DNA of 64,000 nucleotides from positions 72,602,001-72,666,000 of the forward strand of contig NC_043006.1 in the NCBI RefSeq assembly GCF_006345805.1. Reading direction: 5' to 3'. The stretch is from Octopus sinensis. Lineage: Eukaryota. Below the pieces are notes generated by a model. It made no database searches. It saw only the letters and a list, made by a program, of their open reading frames with translations, and was not told the DNA's origin. Positions 63,931-64,000 of the stretch are shown here, piece by piece. The position numbers were made by a program, and so were the translations under genes. The first letter of the stretch is position 1, and every line of letters starts with the position of its first letter.

Positions 63931-64000
63931 ACAACAAACTTGATCTTTTCCTTTATGACATGTCAACTTTGGAGAATTTTGAAATCATAAGACTATCTCC
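63931..64000 (+). other. Possible coding exon running off the window end
   Basis: Strong acceptor tctgttcttttatctccag| followed by an open frame (D)NKLDLFLYDMSTLENFEIIRLS. No donor is visible and no homologue was recognised. Confidence 0.25.

Overview
AT-rich, microsatellite- and SINE-dense eukaryotic DNA. The repeat families look like octopus/cephalopod sequence; this comes from my recognition of them, not from a search. Host-gene content I can support is limited to two items: (1) the first coding exon of a LUC7L/LUC7L2-type U1 snRNP splicing factor on the minus strand (2884-2944, MSAHDQIRAMLDELMGTGRD-G, GTAAGT donor), followed by a transposon-free intron 1 that contains a candidate 46-nt poison exon; (2) an intronless 333-aa orphan ORF (31679-32680, minus) carrying cell-cycle-type short linear motifs. 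Both lie in zones that retain CpG, whereas most other non-TE sequence looks CpG-depleted by eye. The rest is mostly transposon debris: several tRNA-headed SINE families, RTE, R4/Dong and CR1-like LINE 3' ends, a Ty3/gypsy remnant, mariner, hAT and piggyBac-type MITEs, and Penelope-like (PLE) pieces. The most striking signal is a set of hammerhead-ribozyme (HHR)-like folds. One is a young ~361-nt retrozyme-like unit present as 1.57 tandem copies (37014-37581) with a well-formed minimal type I HHR. Two related HHRs have a long stem II (12920-13057, 38451-38599). A tRNA-headed SINE-like insert has an HHR-bearing PLE-type tail, an inverted 3' copy and a 13-bp target-site duplication (TSD) (8197-8514). 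No database searches or folding programs were run; all structures were read by eye. Most ORFs in the supplied track are artefacts of microsatellites or repeats.
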